Shown: positions 8,654 to 18,010 of the stretch, piece by piece
Numbering within the stretch: the first letter of the stretch is position 1
Layout: every line of letters starts with the position of its first letter
Source of the DNA: a virus
Taxonomy: Duplodnaviria; Caudoviricetes
Direction: 5' to 3' (one strand)
DNA: 52,445 bases
Virus record (IMG/VR): IMGVR_UViG_3300044630_000786
Coordinates: 1 to 52,445 of that record
Notes under the pieces: generated by a model
The model's database searches: none
What the model was told of the DNA's origin: nothing
Seen by the model: only the letters and a program-made list of their open reading frames with translations
Translations under genes and position numbers: made by a program

Positions 8654-9334
8654 TTAATCCCACAATCCTTGATAGTATTTACCAAACAGACGGAGTCCGT
8701 TGTTGATTCTTAGTTGATGTTTTTCCATACCGTCACGATCAATCTTGAAAGTATGCTTTGGTCCTTCTTTCATTTGATACGTTGCTTCTTCTTTTCCTGT
8801 ATCTGGATTTGGATAAGTCTTATCAGTCTTAACCCAAGAAGTATCATGCTCACCAGAATAATATTGTTCTTCCCAATCATAGTCAGGATGAAGTTGTTCG
8901 AATGTCCAAATAAGTTCATCCATTACCCAGTCCCAACGCTTGAAATGGTTACCGTCAGTATCCCATTCATTTTCTTTTGCTCGCGCAGAAGTGCTGCGAA
9001 GTTCTTCGGGAACATCCTCATCATCAACCAAAGGCGAACCATGTTTAGTTGCTTGAAGTTGTTTTAACATTGGTAGAATAATTCTAGACAATGTACCATC
9101 CATATTCCATGTATCCCATTTATCAATTTTCACATAATCAATTTTTGGGTGAATGGCATCAAGAACTTTCTGCACTACTTGCATAGGTTTAACCAACCAG
9201 TCAGTATACTTGTCGTTCTTATCATCATATAGATCGAACTCTGGGTCAGTCCACTTTTTCCAGAACAGCACCTTCTCCATAATTGTATAAGGAGAAAGCC
9301 AGTGGTATCTATAATTGTTTATGTAAACTTTCAT
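8654..9334 (-). CDS. Hypothetical phage protein
   Basis: 226 aa; DTWNMD and GLRLFGKYYQGLWD motifs typical of T4-like phage ORFans. Confidence 0.7.
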   Translation of the reverse strand: MKVYINNYRYHWLSPYTIMEKVLFWKKWTDPEFDLYDDKNDKYTDWLVKPMQVVQKVLDAIHPKIDYVKIDKWDTWNMDGTLSRIILPMLKQLQATKHGSPLVDDEDVPEELRSTSARAKENEWDTDGNHFKRWDWVMDELIWTFEQLHPDYDWEEQYYSGEHDTSWVKTDKTYPNPDTGKEEATYQMKEGPKHTFKIDRDGMEKHQLRINNGLRLFGKYYQGLWD

Positions 9335-9576
9335 TTATTTCTATCTTCGTCAAAATAAAAACCAGAGTGTTGTACTGGTTCAGGTTCATCAACAACAAAG
9401 TCAAGATGTCCTTCAAACCCAAACCCAGATCCCTTTAGAAAATCCTCAAACCTTTCTAACAGTTGAGCAAGGTTTAAATCTCCATTAATTTCCATTGTTA
9501 CTGTAGATGGTGGACTTGAATATGACAAGCCAGAAAAACCTGTATACTCTTGTTTAAAGGTGTACTTAGTAGTCAC
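9331..9576 (-). CDS. Hypothetical protein
   Basis: Likely GTG start; FEDFLKGSGF; fits gene packing. Confidence 0.6.
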   Translation of the reverse strand: MTTKYTFKQEYTGFSGLSYSSPPSTVTMEINGDLNLAQLLERFEDFLKGSGFGFEGHLDFVVDEPEPVQHSGFYFDEDRNK

Positions 9577-10012
9577 GTTTCTCTCCCTCTTTGGTGAAGA
9601 ATACTTCAACTTTCTTTTCGTCATCCCAAGATCTAGAGTAGTCGTTATCTTGGTCGCAAATCTGCAACGCTTCTTCCTCTGTCACAATACGGTGACTAAA
9701 GATTTGCTCAGGTAACGCTTCTTGCGAAAACTCTTTCGCTTCATTCATAGTAACAGTATCTAGTGCCCATTCAGGATTAGATGCTGGCGCTTGAACCATA
9801 TAGCGCATACGATAAGATTGAATGCAATCAACCATTACCCAAACTTTATCTTCTTTCTTTGTCAAAGTCCAACTCCCATCGCCATTGTCTTTCCAATCAA
9901 GTTCGTCTCCAATTTTAAAACCAGATTGTTCTAGACAATCTTCAGGTAATTGAATGAAGTACTCACCGTCTTCTGCTTGTTCAACTTCAAGAAGCCAACT
10001 ATTTTTACTCAT
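9566..10012 (-). CDS. AbrB/MazE-like N-terminal domain protein
   Basis: GEYFIQLPEDCLEQSGFKIGDELDW. Confidence 0.6.
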   Translation of the reverse strand: MSKNSWLLEVEQAEDGEYFIQLPEDCLEQSGFKIGDELDWKDNGDGSWTLTKKEDKVWVMVDCIQSYRMRYMVQAPASNPEWALDTVTMNEAKEFSQEALPEQIFSHRIVTEEEALQICDQDNDYSRSWDDEKKVEVFFTKEGEKRDY

Positions 10013-10200
10013 GGTAATACCCAATCCTCTGCAAAGTTTTCTGCGTCTTCACGATTATCAAAGTGCGCAGTATAAGTTGTTCCAGTGTCGCTCTTAACGA
10101 CAACATTATAACTACCTGTCACAATATGTTTGTAGACGGTAGCAGTTTTCCTTGCTGATTCATCAGAAAGAAAAAACGATTGCTCCAATAACTCAGTCAT
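10009..10200 (-). CDS. Hypothetical protein
   Basis: ATG at 10200, overlapping stop/start packing. Confidence 0.6.
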   Translation of the reverse strand: MTELLEQSFFLSDESARKTATVYKHIVTGSYNVVVKSDTGTTYTAHFDNREDAENFAEDWVLP

Positions 10201-10537
10201 AATTAATCTCCAACCAGTTAGTTTCTTCAGATAGAACAACACATGTGCCACCTGCTCGTTCAACCTTGTCGATCAGATTGTTTAAAATTCCCTGACCATA
10301 CATATTTGTTCCATAACTATTTTTATGGCACTCATAAACAGATCCAGAAGAACCCTCGAAGAAATAAGAATTTCCTTCGAGGATTACTTTGGTAATGCCA
10401 CTGTTTAACTTCCATGAGTCAGCACCTGCCCACCCACCATACCAACAAGCAAATACTTTATAGACAGGCGCAAATTTATCGCTGGTAATTTTTACCACTA
10501 CCCATTTGTCTGGTGTATACTCACTCATCATTCCCAC
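10193..10537 (-). CDS. Hypothetical phage protein
   Basis: YTPDKW...WKLNSGI...GSSGSVYEC. Confidence 0.7.
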   Translation of the reverse strand: MGMMSEYTPDKWVVVKITSDKFAPVYKVFACWYGGWAGADSWKLNSGITKVILEGNSYFFEGSSGSVYECHKNSYGTNMYGQGILNNLIDKVERAGGTCVVLSEETNWLEINYD

Positions 10538-10661
10538 CCTTCATACAATCGCATTCACGACCTTGTTTGCAATTACCAGTGCATGAAGATTCAAAACTAG
10601 AGATTGCCCATAGCATCGCAGCAAGACAAACAACACCTAAGATAATGAATCCCCAAAGCAT
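10521..10661 (-). CDS. 46-aa membrane-anchored Cys-rich peptide
   Basis: Manual translation MLWGFIILGVVCLAAMLWAISSFESSCTGNCKQGRECDCMKGGNDE; GAGG RBS; fills gap. Confidence 0.6.
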   Translation of the reverse strand: MLWGFIILGVVCLAAMLWAISSFESSCTGNCKQGRECDCMKGGNDE

Positions 10662-10662
10662 A

Positions 10663-11538
10663 TTATACCTCAACGTATTTTAAAAAGAAATTGTCTGCAA
10701 GTTCTTCGTAACCAATATATCCACGAGGGTTGCAAACAACACGACACCCTCCAATCAAATAATCAAACACTTCATGTGTATGACCATGTGTCCACAAGCT
10801 GATTCTTGGACGATCCAAAATAAACTCAGACAAGTCACTATGATAACCACCATTCATAACCTGATCGTCTTTATATCTGGGATGACAAGAAGCATGAGAT
10901 GGAGTGTGGTGTCCAACAACAACCATCTTCTTTTCAGCTGGAAGATTTTCATAAACAACACGAATATAATCCAACATCTTCTTATGTTCTTCAACAGCAT
11001 CCTGCGGAGAGAAACGTGCAACTCTAGTTCTAAAGGTTGGCTTCTCTGGATTCTCAGGATCGTCAAATGTTTTAAAGGTAACTTCTCGATTACCATTATC
11101 TACGCAACGGAAGTCGTTCATCATACGTGTCATCATATGAAGTGTTATTGGGTCTTCCTTGTTCATATCAGTCCAAAGAGTGCCACCAACAAACACCACA
11201 TCATCAAGTTCAAAAACTTCTCTTTCAAGGATGTGTAAATTTTCTAGATACCCAAGTCGTTTCTTTAAATCAGATACGGTATATTTAAAGTCTCCATGAT
11301 AGTGCTCATGATTGCCAGCAATATAAATCACATGCGGGAATCTTGCACAGCATTCCTGGAAAAATTGGTGATACCTCGCAGACTTACCAAAGTCAACGAT
11401 ACCGTGAGGGTCGTGTTCCATAAGATCACGTGCAACACAGATATCTCCAGACAGAATCAGAACGTCCGCATTGTCAGTGTTATCTAACGACAACTGACCA
11501 AACTCTAAGTGAACGTCTGAGGTTACAGCAACTTTCAT
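10663..11538 (-). CDS. Calcineurin-like metallophosphoesterase
   Basis: SDVH, GDI, GNHE, HH, HGHTH, NPRGY. Confidence 0.9.
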   Translation of the reverse strand: MKVAVTSDVHLEFGQLSLDNTDNADVLILSGDICVARDLMEHDPHGIVDFGKSARYHQFFQECCARFPHVIYIAGNHEHYHGDFKYTVSDLKKRLGYLENLHILEREVFELDDVVFVGGTLWTDMNKEDPITLHMMTRMMNDFRCVDNGNREVTFKTFDDPENPEKPTFRTRVARFSPQDAVEEHKKMLDYIRVVYENLPAEKKMVVVGHHTPSHASCHPRYKDDQVMNGGYHSDLSEFILDRPRISLWTHGHTHEVFDYLIGGCRVVCNPRGYIGYEELADNFFLKYVEV

Positions 11539-11993
11539 TTATATTCTCCATCGACTGGACGTGTTGCGTCCAAGTCATAAGTCCATTCAAGGATCTTCAT
11601 CATTTTATGTTTCACACGAAGATTAGGCTGACGATACTTTTCGCAATCATTAAATCCCATCATCGTGGCAACTTCGACCACAGCACCAGAACGACAGATA
11701 CCTGCCATACAATGAACGACAACATTCATATGTTTGTCTAGTGCGTGTTGTAACAGTTCAACAAGTTTCTGTGCTTGCTCATCGCTGATTTTCGCTTCGT
11801 CAGGAAAACCATCTTCATCTTCAGCATCGAGAAACTCGAAGTCGTGTCTTTCTTTAAAATTAAATTTTGGGGTTGGACGCCACCCAGCAGGATCAGTAAT
11901 ACTGATTAGCATGGAGTTCGGTCCTGGATCCATGTGATGTCCGTTTGTAACATCAACAGCAGCAACATTCTCAATAAAACGAACAACACTCAT
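11535..11993 (-). CDS. Protein tyrosine/dual-specificity phosphatase-like protein
   Basis: HCMAGICRS (CX5R). Confidence 0.85.
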   Translation of the reverse strand: MSVVRFIENVAAVDVTNGHHMDPGPNSMLISITDPAGWRPTPKFNFKERHDFEFLDAEDEDGFPDEAKISDEQAQKLVELLQHALDKHMNVVVHCMAGICRSGAVVEVATMMGFNDCEKYRQPNLRVKHKMMKILEWTYDLDATRPVDGEYK

Positions 11994-12002
11994 AATATTT
12001 CC

Positions 12003-12293
12003 TTACATAATCATACGTATCAAACCAAATGTATCAATAGCAGTTAACAGGATGTAGTTAGCAAGCATGCCAAAAGATTTCCTAGTATAAGCAGCCCAAG
12101 CATAGATAGCACACCCAGCGATCCAAACAGGATAAAGAGCCAAGAGGGGAGGGTTTGGGACAGTGAGTGCCATTGTGATCGAACACCCAATACTAATAGC
12201 CCAAGCAAGAAGCTCGGCAATAAAGCGAAAAGGATTAGAATTCCAGTCATCACGAATCCAGTCAAAAGTCGGTTTTAATAAATCAGTCATCAT
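12003..12293 (-). CDS. Membrane protein (likely leaderless mRNA)
   Basis: Three hydrophobic segments; only 6 nt between TATAAT and ATG. Confidence 0.7.
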   Translation of the reverse strand: MMTDLLKPTFDWIRDDWNSNPFRFIAELLAWAISIGCSITMALTVPNPPLLALYPVWIAGCAIYAWAAYTRKSFGMLANYILLTAIDTFGLIRMIM

Positions 12294-12299
12294 AAGTAA

Positions 12300-12328
12300 A
12301 TTATACACCTTTTTATAATTAAAGTAAA
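12300..12328 (-). promoter_or_regulatory. Sigma70-type early promoter
   Basis: TTTACT-N17-TATAAT. Confidence 0.75.
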
Positions 12329-12363
12329 TACCCATTTACCCTCTGGGATAGAGTGTTGCAAGA

Positions 12364-12933
12364 TTACAAATTCCAATATTGCTTTTCTATTTCCATAACA
12401 CCTGTGATGCGCCAATCGTTTCCAAGATTTTTCATGTAGTGTTGGATGAATTCGCCATTGAAAGTTCTAAACTCTCCAGTCTTCCAAACTTTCTCTTCAC
12501 CATTAAACACTAAACATTGCTTCTCTGGTTCAGGAATGTGTATTCCAAAGGAAGTAGTAAACCCTTCCATTTTCTTTCCCATAGATTTTGATATCCAGTC
12601 CCACACATATTGATCGTTGTGTACTGGTAGCATTTTTCCAGGACGAATAAAGTTGATACACATATCAATCATTCCTGGACAATTGAACGCTTGTTCTATT
12701 GTTCTTTCCCACCCAGTAGACCATGGTTGTTGCGCAATGCGTGCATCAATAATAGGCAATGCCATAAATCCCTTTGCGTTTTCTGGTGGCATATAATAAC
12801 GTGTAGCTGCATCAACTCCCTGAGTATCGATATCATATTTCTGTTTCCACTCAGCATAATCAAGAATCATACACTCCATCAACTTCTGCAGTTGTTCGTA
12901 GTGCTTATATTGTACTGGATCACCCAACCACAT
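12364..12933 (-). CDS. Asp/Asn beta-hydroxylase-like 2OG-Fe(II) oxygenase
   Basis: INFIRPGKMLPVHND...FNGEFIQH...WRI; paralogous to next two genes. Confidence 0.65.
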   Translation of the reverse strand: MWLGDPVQYKHYEQLQKLMECMILDYAEWKQKYDIDTQGVDAATRYYMPPENAKGFMALPIIDARIAQQPWSTGWERTIEQAFNCPGMIDMCINFIRPGKMLPVHNDQYVWDWISKSMGKKMEGFTTSFGIHIPEPEKQCLVFNGEEKVWKTGEFRTFNGEFIQHYMKNLGNDWRITGVMEIEKQYWNL

Positions 12934-13522
12934 TTTCCCACTCCGTTTCAGCTAAGTCAATAACACTACTTACACGCCAGTTGTCGCATAAGTTCCAAAC
13001 GCTGTGCGTATAGTTCCTACCATCAAAGGCTACGATTTCTTTGTTACCATATGATCTAATTTCATCACCAAATTGAATTGCTTGTTTAGTTGTATCTTGT
13101 GGTTCTAACATGTCTATACCAAGCGCAGCAGTATAACCTTTTGGATTGGGAAAATACTGAGAGATCCTTTGCCATGAACCATAATCTACATGCGGTGGCA
13201 ACTTACCACCATTTGGTCTGATGAAGTTTATAATTTGTTGATACATCCCAGGAAGAGATTTTGCGATCTCTTTTGTTCTCAACCAGTGATTAGGATACAT
13301 TTGTTGATCGATCTTTCCGTCAACAAAAATAGGAACAGCCCACCAGTCATCCTCATAATCCAATTTTTTGGTTTCTAATTCTGGGTACTCAAATTTAAAC
13401 ACACAGATATGTTTACGTGGATCTGGATGGTCTTTAATAAACTCATCGTAATCTAGTTTGAGCGCATCTGCCATCTGCACTAACTTATCATAGTGCTTGT
13501 ATTTTTTAGCGTCAACGAACAT
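12920..13522 (-). CDS. Asp/Asn beta-hydroxylase-like 2OG-Fe(II) oxygenase
   Basis: INFIRPNGGKLPPHVD...FDGRNYTHSVWN...WRV. Confidence 0.7.
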   Translation of the reverse strand: MFVDAKKYKHYDKLVQMADALKLDYDEFIKDHPDPRKHICVFKFEYPELETKKLDYEDDWWAVPIFVDGKIDQQMYPNHWLRTKEIAKSLPGMYQQIINFIRPNGGKLPPHVDYGSWQRISQYFPNPKGYTAALGIDMLEPQDTTKQAIQFGDEIRSYGNKEIVAFDGRNYTHSVWNLCDNWRVSSVIDLAETEWENVVG

Positions 13523-14216
13523 ACATACTTTCCTCTCGTGACCAAATGTCATTGAGTCGTTCAGAGAATCCTTCTAGATTAAATTCACTGGCTTGAATAT
13601 CCACTACGGCAGCAACTCGCCAATGGTTAGTAAGATTCCATGCTGTGTGTCTACAGTTCCTACCTTCAAAGACAACCCATCCTCCGTTTACTTGTCCTCT
13701 TGACTCGCCATCAAATTCAAGACCACACATCTTTGGATCTGATGAAGGAATGTCAACACCAATAGAAACCGTAAAGCCACGTTGTAGTTTACCTGTCCAA
13801 CGATCGATACGTTCCCATCCTCCACGGTCATCATGTACAGGAAGCACACCTCCTGGTTTAATAAAGTTGACCATCATCTGTAACAGTCCAGGAATCTGTG
13901 GAACATACTCAGCAGTTGTTTTCCAGTTATCTTTAAAGCGATCTGAAATTTTACCATCTAGATAAATTGCTTCACCATACCAGACTTCTCTTGGGTTAGG
14001 TTTATCTTCCCACGCTTCTGGGTGGTGATACTCAGCAGAATTATTCGCAAACTGAAGTTCTGGGTAAACATCAGGATACTCAAACTTTAAAATCTGACAA
14101 GCAGTCTTAATAGGATCGTGTCCTTGAATGCGTAGAGTATTAAGGTCGCTGCGTAGTCGACTGGCAAGTTCTTCTAAAACACCTTCGTGTTTATATCGAT
14201 CTGAATCAATCCACAT
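13512..14216 (-). CDS. Asp/Asn beta-hydroxylase-like 2OG-Fe(II) oxygenase
   Basis: VNFIKPGGVLPVHDD...FEGRNCRHTAWN...WRV. Confidence 0.7.
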   Translation of the reverse strand: MWIDSDRYKHEGVLEELASRLRSDLNTLRIQGHDPIKTACQILKFEYPDVYPELQFANNSAEYHHPEAWEDKPNPREVWYGEAIYLDGKISDRFKDNWKTTAEYVPQIPGLLQMMVNFIKPGGVLPVHDDRGGWERIDRWTGKLQRGFTVSIGVDIPSSDPKMCGLEFDGESRGQVNGGWVVFEGRNCRHTAWNLTNHWRVAAVVDIQASEFNLEGFSERLNDIWSREESMYVR

Positions 14217-15294
14217 TTACTACCTTCCTTCTTTCTCCTCTACGCTTTACGTCTAGCGTGAGGCAATGAATACCACCATCCCAAAAGTGATTGTGGCGTA
14301 TTGGCGATACATGGCAAGTTATACCACGCTTATCTAGCATTTCTTGTAACTTAGGTTGCTCGTTGCTAATAAAGATATTCTTACTGTCTACAACCAGCAC
14401 ATTAAAGTCAAAGGCAACTTCCTGCACATAACCCTTCCACTCACTCATCCACTGGTTCAAATAGTCATAGGAAAACTTACCTTGACTCTGAGTAAACGCA
14501 TGGTCATAGTTAGCGAAGTCGGGTGTGTCCACCACATCATGTAGATAGATAACTTCTTTGTTTTTAGTCAGCCATGCTGGTGCCCAAAACTCTTTCTCAG
14601 CAAATACAGTTTCGTCATCTGTCATAAAGAACCCATGGTCAATATGTCCAAGGTCGTCTTGTACTGTTGCCTTATTATGTAGGATTCTTGCTTCTGGATA
14701 TTGACGACGCATCCACTCTAAACCTAAATCATTTCCTGGACCACGTGTGTTAGTAATCAACGCATCGCCACACTTGAACATTGTAGCAGTATGCCAGAGT
14801 AGGCGATCTTTCATTACATTATGATAACGACCAACGCTGTCGCTATACCAAATGCTATTGTCAGGAAAGTTCTCAAGAAGGGGAGGGGGCATGCTGTTCC
14901 ACTCAAACCCTTGTTCAAACAGTTCACGAAAGATGTCATAGTAGGCAAGTGATTCTAGCCAACGATCAGGCATCGATGTGTAGGTCTGAACAATCTTCTC
15001 ACCATACACAAGGTACTGGTCACGTGGAACAATTGGTGCTACAGGATTCTTAACTTTAAATCCAGCAATGTCAATGCCACGTTCAAAGGGTAGATTCTTT
15101 GGTCGGTAAACCTTGACACCCATCTTCTCGAGGGAAGCTGAAAGTGTGTCTAGATCCTCACGTGTTTCACGGAGGATCGTTTGAAGTAGCGGAAGGCTAC
15201 GTTCATCTTGAATTACATTGTCATAGAAGTTTTCTGGTGGACAGGTGCCAACAATGATTTCTTCTAGTGGATCCCACTCAGTCCAGATTGCCAT
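14206..15294 (-). CDS. Amidinotransferase (glycine/inosamine-phosphate amidinotransferase family)
   Basis: EWDPLEEIIVG, PRD, HID, GGIHCLTLD. Confidence 0.85.
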   Translation of the reverse strand: MAIWTEWDPLEEIIVGTCPPENFYDNVIQDERSLPLLQTILRETREDLDTLSASLEKMGVKVYRPKNLPFERGIDIAGFKVKNPVAPIVPRDQYLVYGEKIVQTYTSMPDRWLESLAYYDIFRELFEQGFEWNSMPPPLLENFPDNSIWYSDSVGRYHNVMKDRLLWHTATMFKCGDALITNTRGPGNDLGLEWMRRQYPEARILHNKATVQDDLGHIDHGFFMTDDETVFAEKEFWAPAWLTKNKEVIYLHDVVDTPDFANYDHAFTQSQGKFSYDYLNQWMSEWKGYVQEVAFDFNVLVVDSKNIFISNEQPKLQEMLDKRGITCHVSPIRHNHFWDGGIHCLTLDVKRRGERRKVVNVD

Positions 15295-15730
15295 AATCTT
15301 CTCCTAGTATCTCACGCAGATAACTGTCTTCCCAATATGTATAATAGTTTGTTTTACGGAGTGCTGCTCGAGCATCTTTCAGTTTCTGCTTTGGCTGACA
15401 TAGAAGAATATTGTGCTTACCATTATTAGTCTGGACGCCATTGATAGTTGTATGACGATCCTTATGGTCAGGTAGGAATATTAAATCCGTGTACTTAGCG
15501 TTTAGATCCACACAGAGATCGTTCATGGACTCAAAGGAAATTTCCGTTGGGAGTAGATAGATGATAATATCAAAGTTCCTATCCTCAGGTGGAATGATTT
15601 CGCCATTGACACGAATCATGGTGAAACGACTGGCAAGTTTCGCAAATGGACAAACTGAGTGTCCACCCAGATTATCCTGCGGTACACCCAGTGCTTCAAT
15701 CCATTGGTTTAAATCAGATATCTCGTTCAA
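15278..15730 (-). CDS. Hypothetical protein (CPFA motif, DUF1415-like)
   Basis: LGGHSVCPFA, LPDH, YYTYW. Confidence 0.6.
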   Translation of the reverse strand: MNEISDLNQWIEALGVPQDNLGGHSVCPFAKLASRFTMIRVNGEIIPPEDRNFDIIIYLLPTEISFESMNDLCVDLNAKYTDLIFLPDHKDRHTTINGVQTNNGKHNILLCQPKQKLKDARAALRKTNYYTYWEDSYLREILGEDYGNLD

Positions 15731-16070
15731 TTATATCATACTCCAGTTCGGCAGGGCTGAAGTAATAGTTAATACATCCCAGCACTGCTTGTTCGTCAAA
15801 TTGCTTACAGGAAAAAAGATCCAGAAAGATCTTACCATTATCACAGAAGTGAACGACAAGAGAACTGGTTGTAATCAACTGAACCAGTGTCCATCCATTC
15901 TTTTCTTCCAAGTCTTCGAAGTAGGTGAGTTGTGGTTCACCATGACGAATCATTTCTATATTATCGCATAGATCTCTATTAAAGGCAAGGATGGCTTCCT
16001 TGTCCTTACAGTTTGGACTGGCACCAGATATGTTTACAATCATCTGCCAACCCCATGGTGTCTTTCGCAT
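15714..16070 (-). CDS. S-adenosylmethionine decarboxylase-like proenzyme
   Basis: QLITTSSLVVHF (putative pyruvoyl cleavage site) and LDLFSCK. Confidence 0.75.
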   Translation of the reverse strand: MRKTPWGWQMIVNISGASPNCKDKEAILAFNRDLCDNIEMIRHGEPQLTYFEDLEEKNGWTLVQLITTSSLVVHFCDNGKIFLDLFSCKQFDEQAVLGCINYYFSPAELEYDIIERDI

Positions 16071-16090
16071 TTTAATTCCTCAAAGAATAC

Positions 16091-16097
16091 TATTTAT
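16091..16097 (-). promoter_or_regulatory. Possible late promoter ATAAATA
   Basis: Near-consensus, about 20 nt upstream of the AdoMetDC-like start. Confidence 0.4.
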
Positions 16098-16435
16098 CGA
16101 CTGACACGAATCTCTGCTTCAGGATTGTCAAGACAGGCAGAATGGTACTTCTTTACAAACTCAATCAAACCATCATAGGATCCCCACCCATTAGATGGAT
16201 TTAAGGTCTTATACTTTTCGGGGTATCGCACCAGTTCAACCAATCCTTCACTCAATAGTGAAACGATCTCAATTGCCTTGGTATACTCATGTTCATCAGG
16301 TCGCCACAACACATCATAAAGTGTCTTACCATTAGACAACTCTACAGCCATAGCCATCTTATTCAGATTGTGAGTGATATTACCCGAGTAAACCGAGCAG
16401 GGCTGAACCACCATTAAATCAACATCAAGACTCAT
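16094..16435 (-). CDS. Hypothetical phage protein
   Basis: MSLDV, NITHNL, NPSNGWG. Confidence 0.7.
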   Translation of the reverse strand: MSLDVDLMVVQPCSVYSGNITHNLNKMAMAVELSNGKTLYDVLWRPDEHEYTKAIEIVSLLSEGLVELVRYPEKYKTLNPSNGWGSYDGLIEFVKKYHSACLDNPEAEIRVSR

Positions 16436-16739
16436 CCTTCATACCTTCCCACTTATCCATCAGTTCCTTGACTTCCCTATTATACTCTTCCGTATCTTTA
16501 GGATCATAGTCTTCCAAGAACATCTCCATATACTTTATTGCTTCCTCTGCTTCAGATTCGGCGCACGCATATATCTCCATAATTACAGCGACTCTCTCGG
16601 GGGCATCGCGATCCAATATCTCCTGAACATCCTCAACAGGAATATCAAAGGTCTTGTCCATAGAATACCATAGACTTAGACAGCCATTCACATTATAGAA
16701 GGCATACCAGCAAGAATTACTCCAACGTGCATAGGACAT
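16425..16739 (-). CDS. Hypothetical protein
   Basis: ORF packing. Confidence 0.65.
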   Translation of the reverse strand: MSYARWSNSCWYAFYNVNGCLSLWYSMDKTFDIPVEDVQEILDRDAPERVAVIMEIYACAESEAEEAIKYMEMFLEDYDPKDTEEYNREVKELMDKWEGMKDES

Positions 16740-16740
16740 A

Positions 16741-16995
16741 TTAGTTCATCTTCTTCTTATAGTCTGGATCATCCTCACGATCCAAAGAATCGGTGTATTG
16801 CTTGAGTAGAATCTCAGCCATTTCGGGATCTTCTTCCATGAGGGAATCAATATCAATTGGCTTAGAATTCTCCATAAACTCACCACTCTCAAACTGTTTA
16901 GTGATCTCGGCAATCAACTCATCCAGTTCTTCCTGAGTGCCTTCAAAGTGATCAAAGCATCCAGGGGCGAATTCAATCTTTAGTTTCTTTGTCAT
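16741..16995 (-). CDS. Hypothetical acidic protein
   Basis: FAPGCFDHFEGTQEELD; AAGGA RBS. Confidence 0.7.
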   Translation of the reverse strand: MTKKLKIEFAPGCFDHFEGTQEELDELIAEITKQFESGEFMENSKPIDIDSLMEEDPEMAEILLKQYTDSLDREDDPDYKKKMN

Positions 16996-17116
16996 ATACG
17001 TCCTTAAAAGAATCCTGATACAAATACCGCAATGGCAAATACGAGAATACTCACCATGAGCAGTCGAAGAAGGATGAAGGTTAGTGCATCACCAATGTCT
17101 AATAGAGTCTTAAATT

Positions 17117-17278
17117 TCATTTCTTTTCAAACCAGTTAGGATCCAACATATCGCCATGAATATCTACCGTAGAGGTGTCGAGTTTGGATACCTCTACAAC
17201 AACTGCCGTAGGTTGCTTAGGTGGTTCAAAGAGGGGTGAAGCCTGACTCATTGCAAATAACATTAATACTATATCCAT
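17117..17278 (-). CDS. Small hypothetical protein
   Basis: ATG at 17278 with AAGG RBS; upstream extension lies in non-coding AT-rich DNA. Confidence 0.5.
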   Translation of the reverse strand: MDIVLMLFAMSQASPLFEPPKQPTAVVVEVSKLDTSTVDIHGDMLDPNWFEKK

Positions 17279-17510
17279 ATATGTGAACCTTTTGAAATTA
17301 AAAAATTTTTCCAGGATTTTTTTTTCGAGAATCCCAAAACGATTTGTGTCTAGAATTTCCATATCGAAGTACACTAGGTCAAATAGAAGTACCTTAGTAT
17401 AAACTCCTCCAGCATACTTCGATATGTAAAGTCTAGGAAAGAGAAAAATAGACTGGTGTCTAAACCCCCAGTTTCACATGCCGACCCCATTCCAAAATAT
17501 AAAGTTGAAT

Positions 17511-17738
17511 TTACCGCATGAGCCACCGACCCACTGCTCGCTTCACATCAGTCACCGAACCTACCTTCTGACCATTGAGTCTTATGTCATACATACTACG
17601 TATACGCAAAGTTCCCATTTCTGTTTCTATCTCATAGCCATTGGCATCTTTGGTCCATTCTTTGAAGTTCATACCAGAGAAGAACAGTGTTTCCTTCAGT
17701 TCTTCCTTAGCTGTCTTCCTGCTAAACCAGATATTCAT
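17511..17738 (-). CDS. Hypothetical protein
   Basis: GAGGA RBS. Confidence 0.6.
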   Translation of the reverse strand: MNIWFSRKTAKEELKETLFFSGMNFKEWTKDANGYEIETEMGTLRIRSMYDIRLNGQKVGSVTDVKRAVGRWLMR

Positions 17739-17790
17739 ATATCATCCTCTACACCGTCCATTATACGCTTTGTCAAGTTTGGAAGCAAAT

Positions 17791-17997
17791 TTATTTTGTT
17801 ATTTGGATATCGAACACATGCTTCCTCATCTTTCCATCATATATGGTCATGGTACTACCTATACCCACTGCATTGAACATGTTACTATACAGTTGGAAGA
17901 TGGCTTCATTTAGATTAGTATTGTCACCCACCTCACGACGCTTAATACGTGCCTCTGTAGTGTAGAAAGAAATACCGTTTGCAATAACACGAATCAT
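17791..17997 (-). CDS. Hypothetical protein
   Basis: AGGAG RBS. Confidence 0.6.
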   Translation of the reverse strand: MIRVIANGISFYTTEARIKRREVGDNTNLNEAIFQLYSNMFNAVGIGSTMTIYDGKMRKHVFDIQITK

Positions 17998-18010
17998 AGT
18001 GGGTCTCCTA

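Noticed and set aside
17760-17776. TTGACA and TATAAT hexamers
   Set aside because: Only 5 nt apart; not a valid promoter geometry
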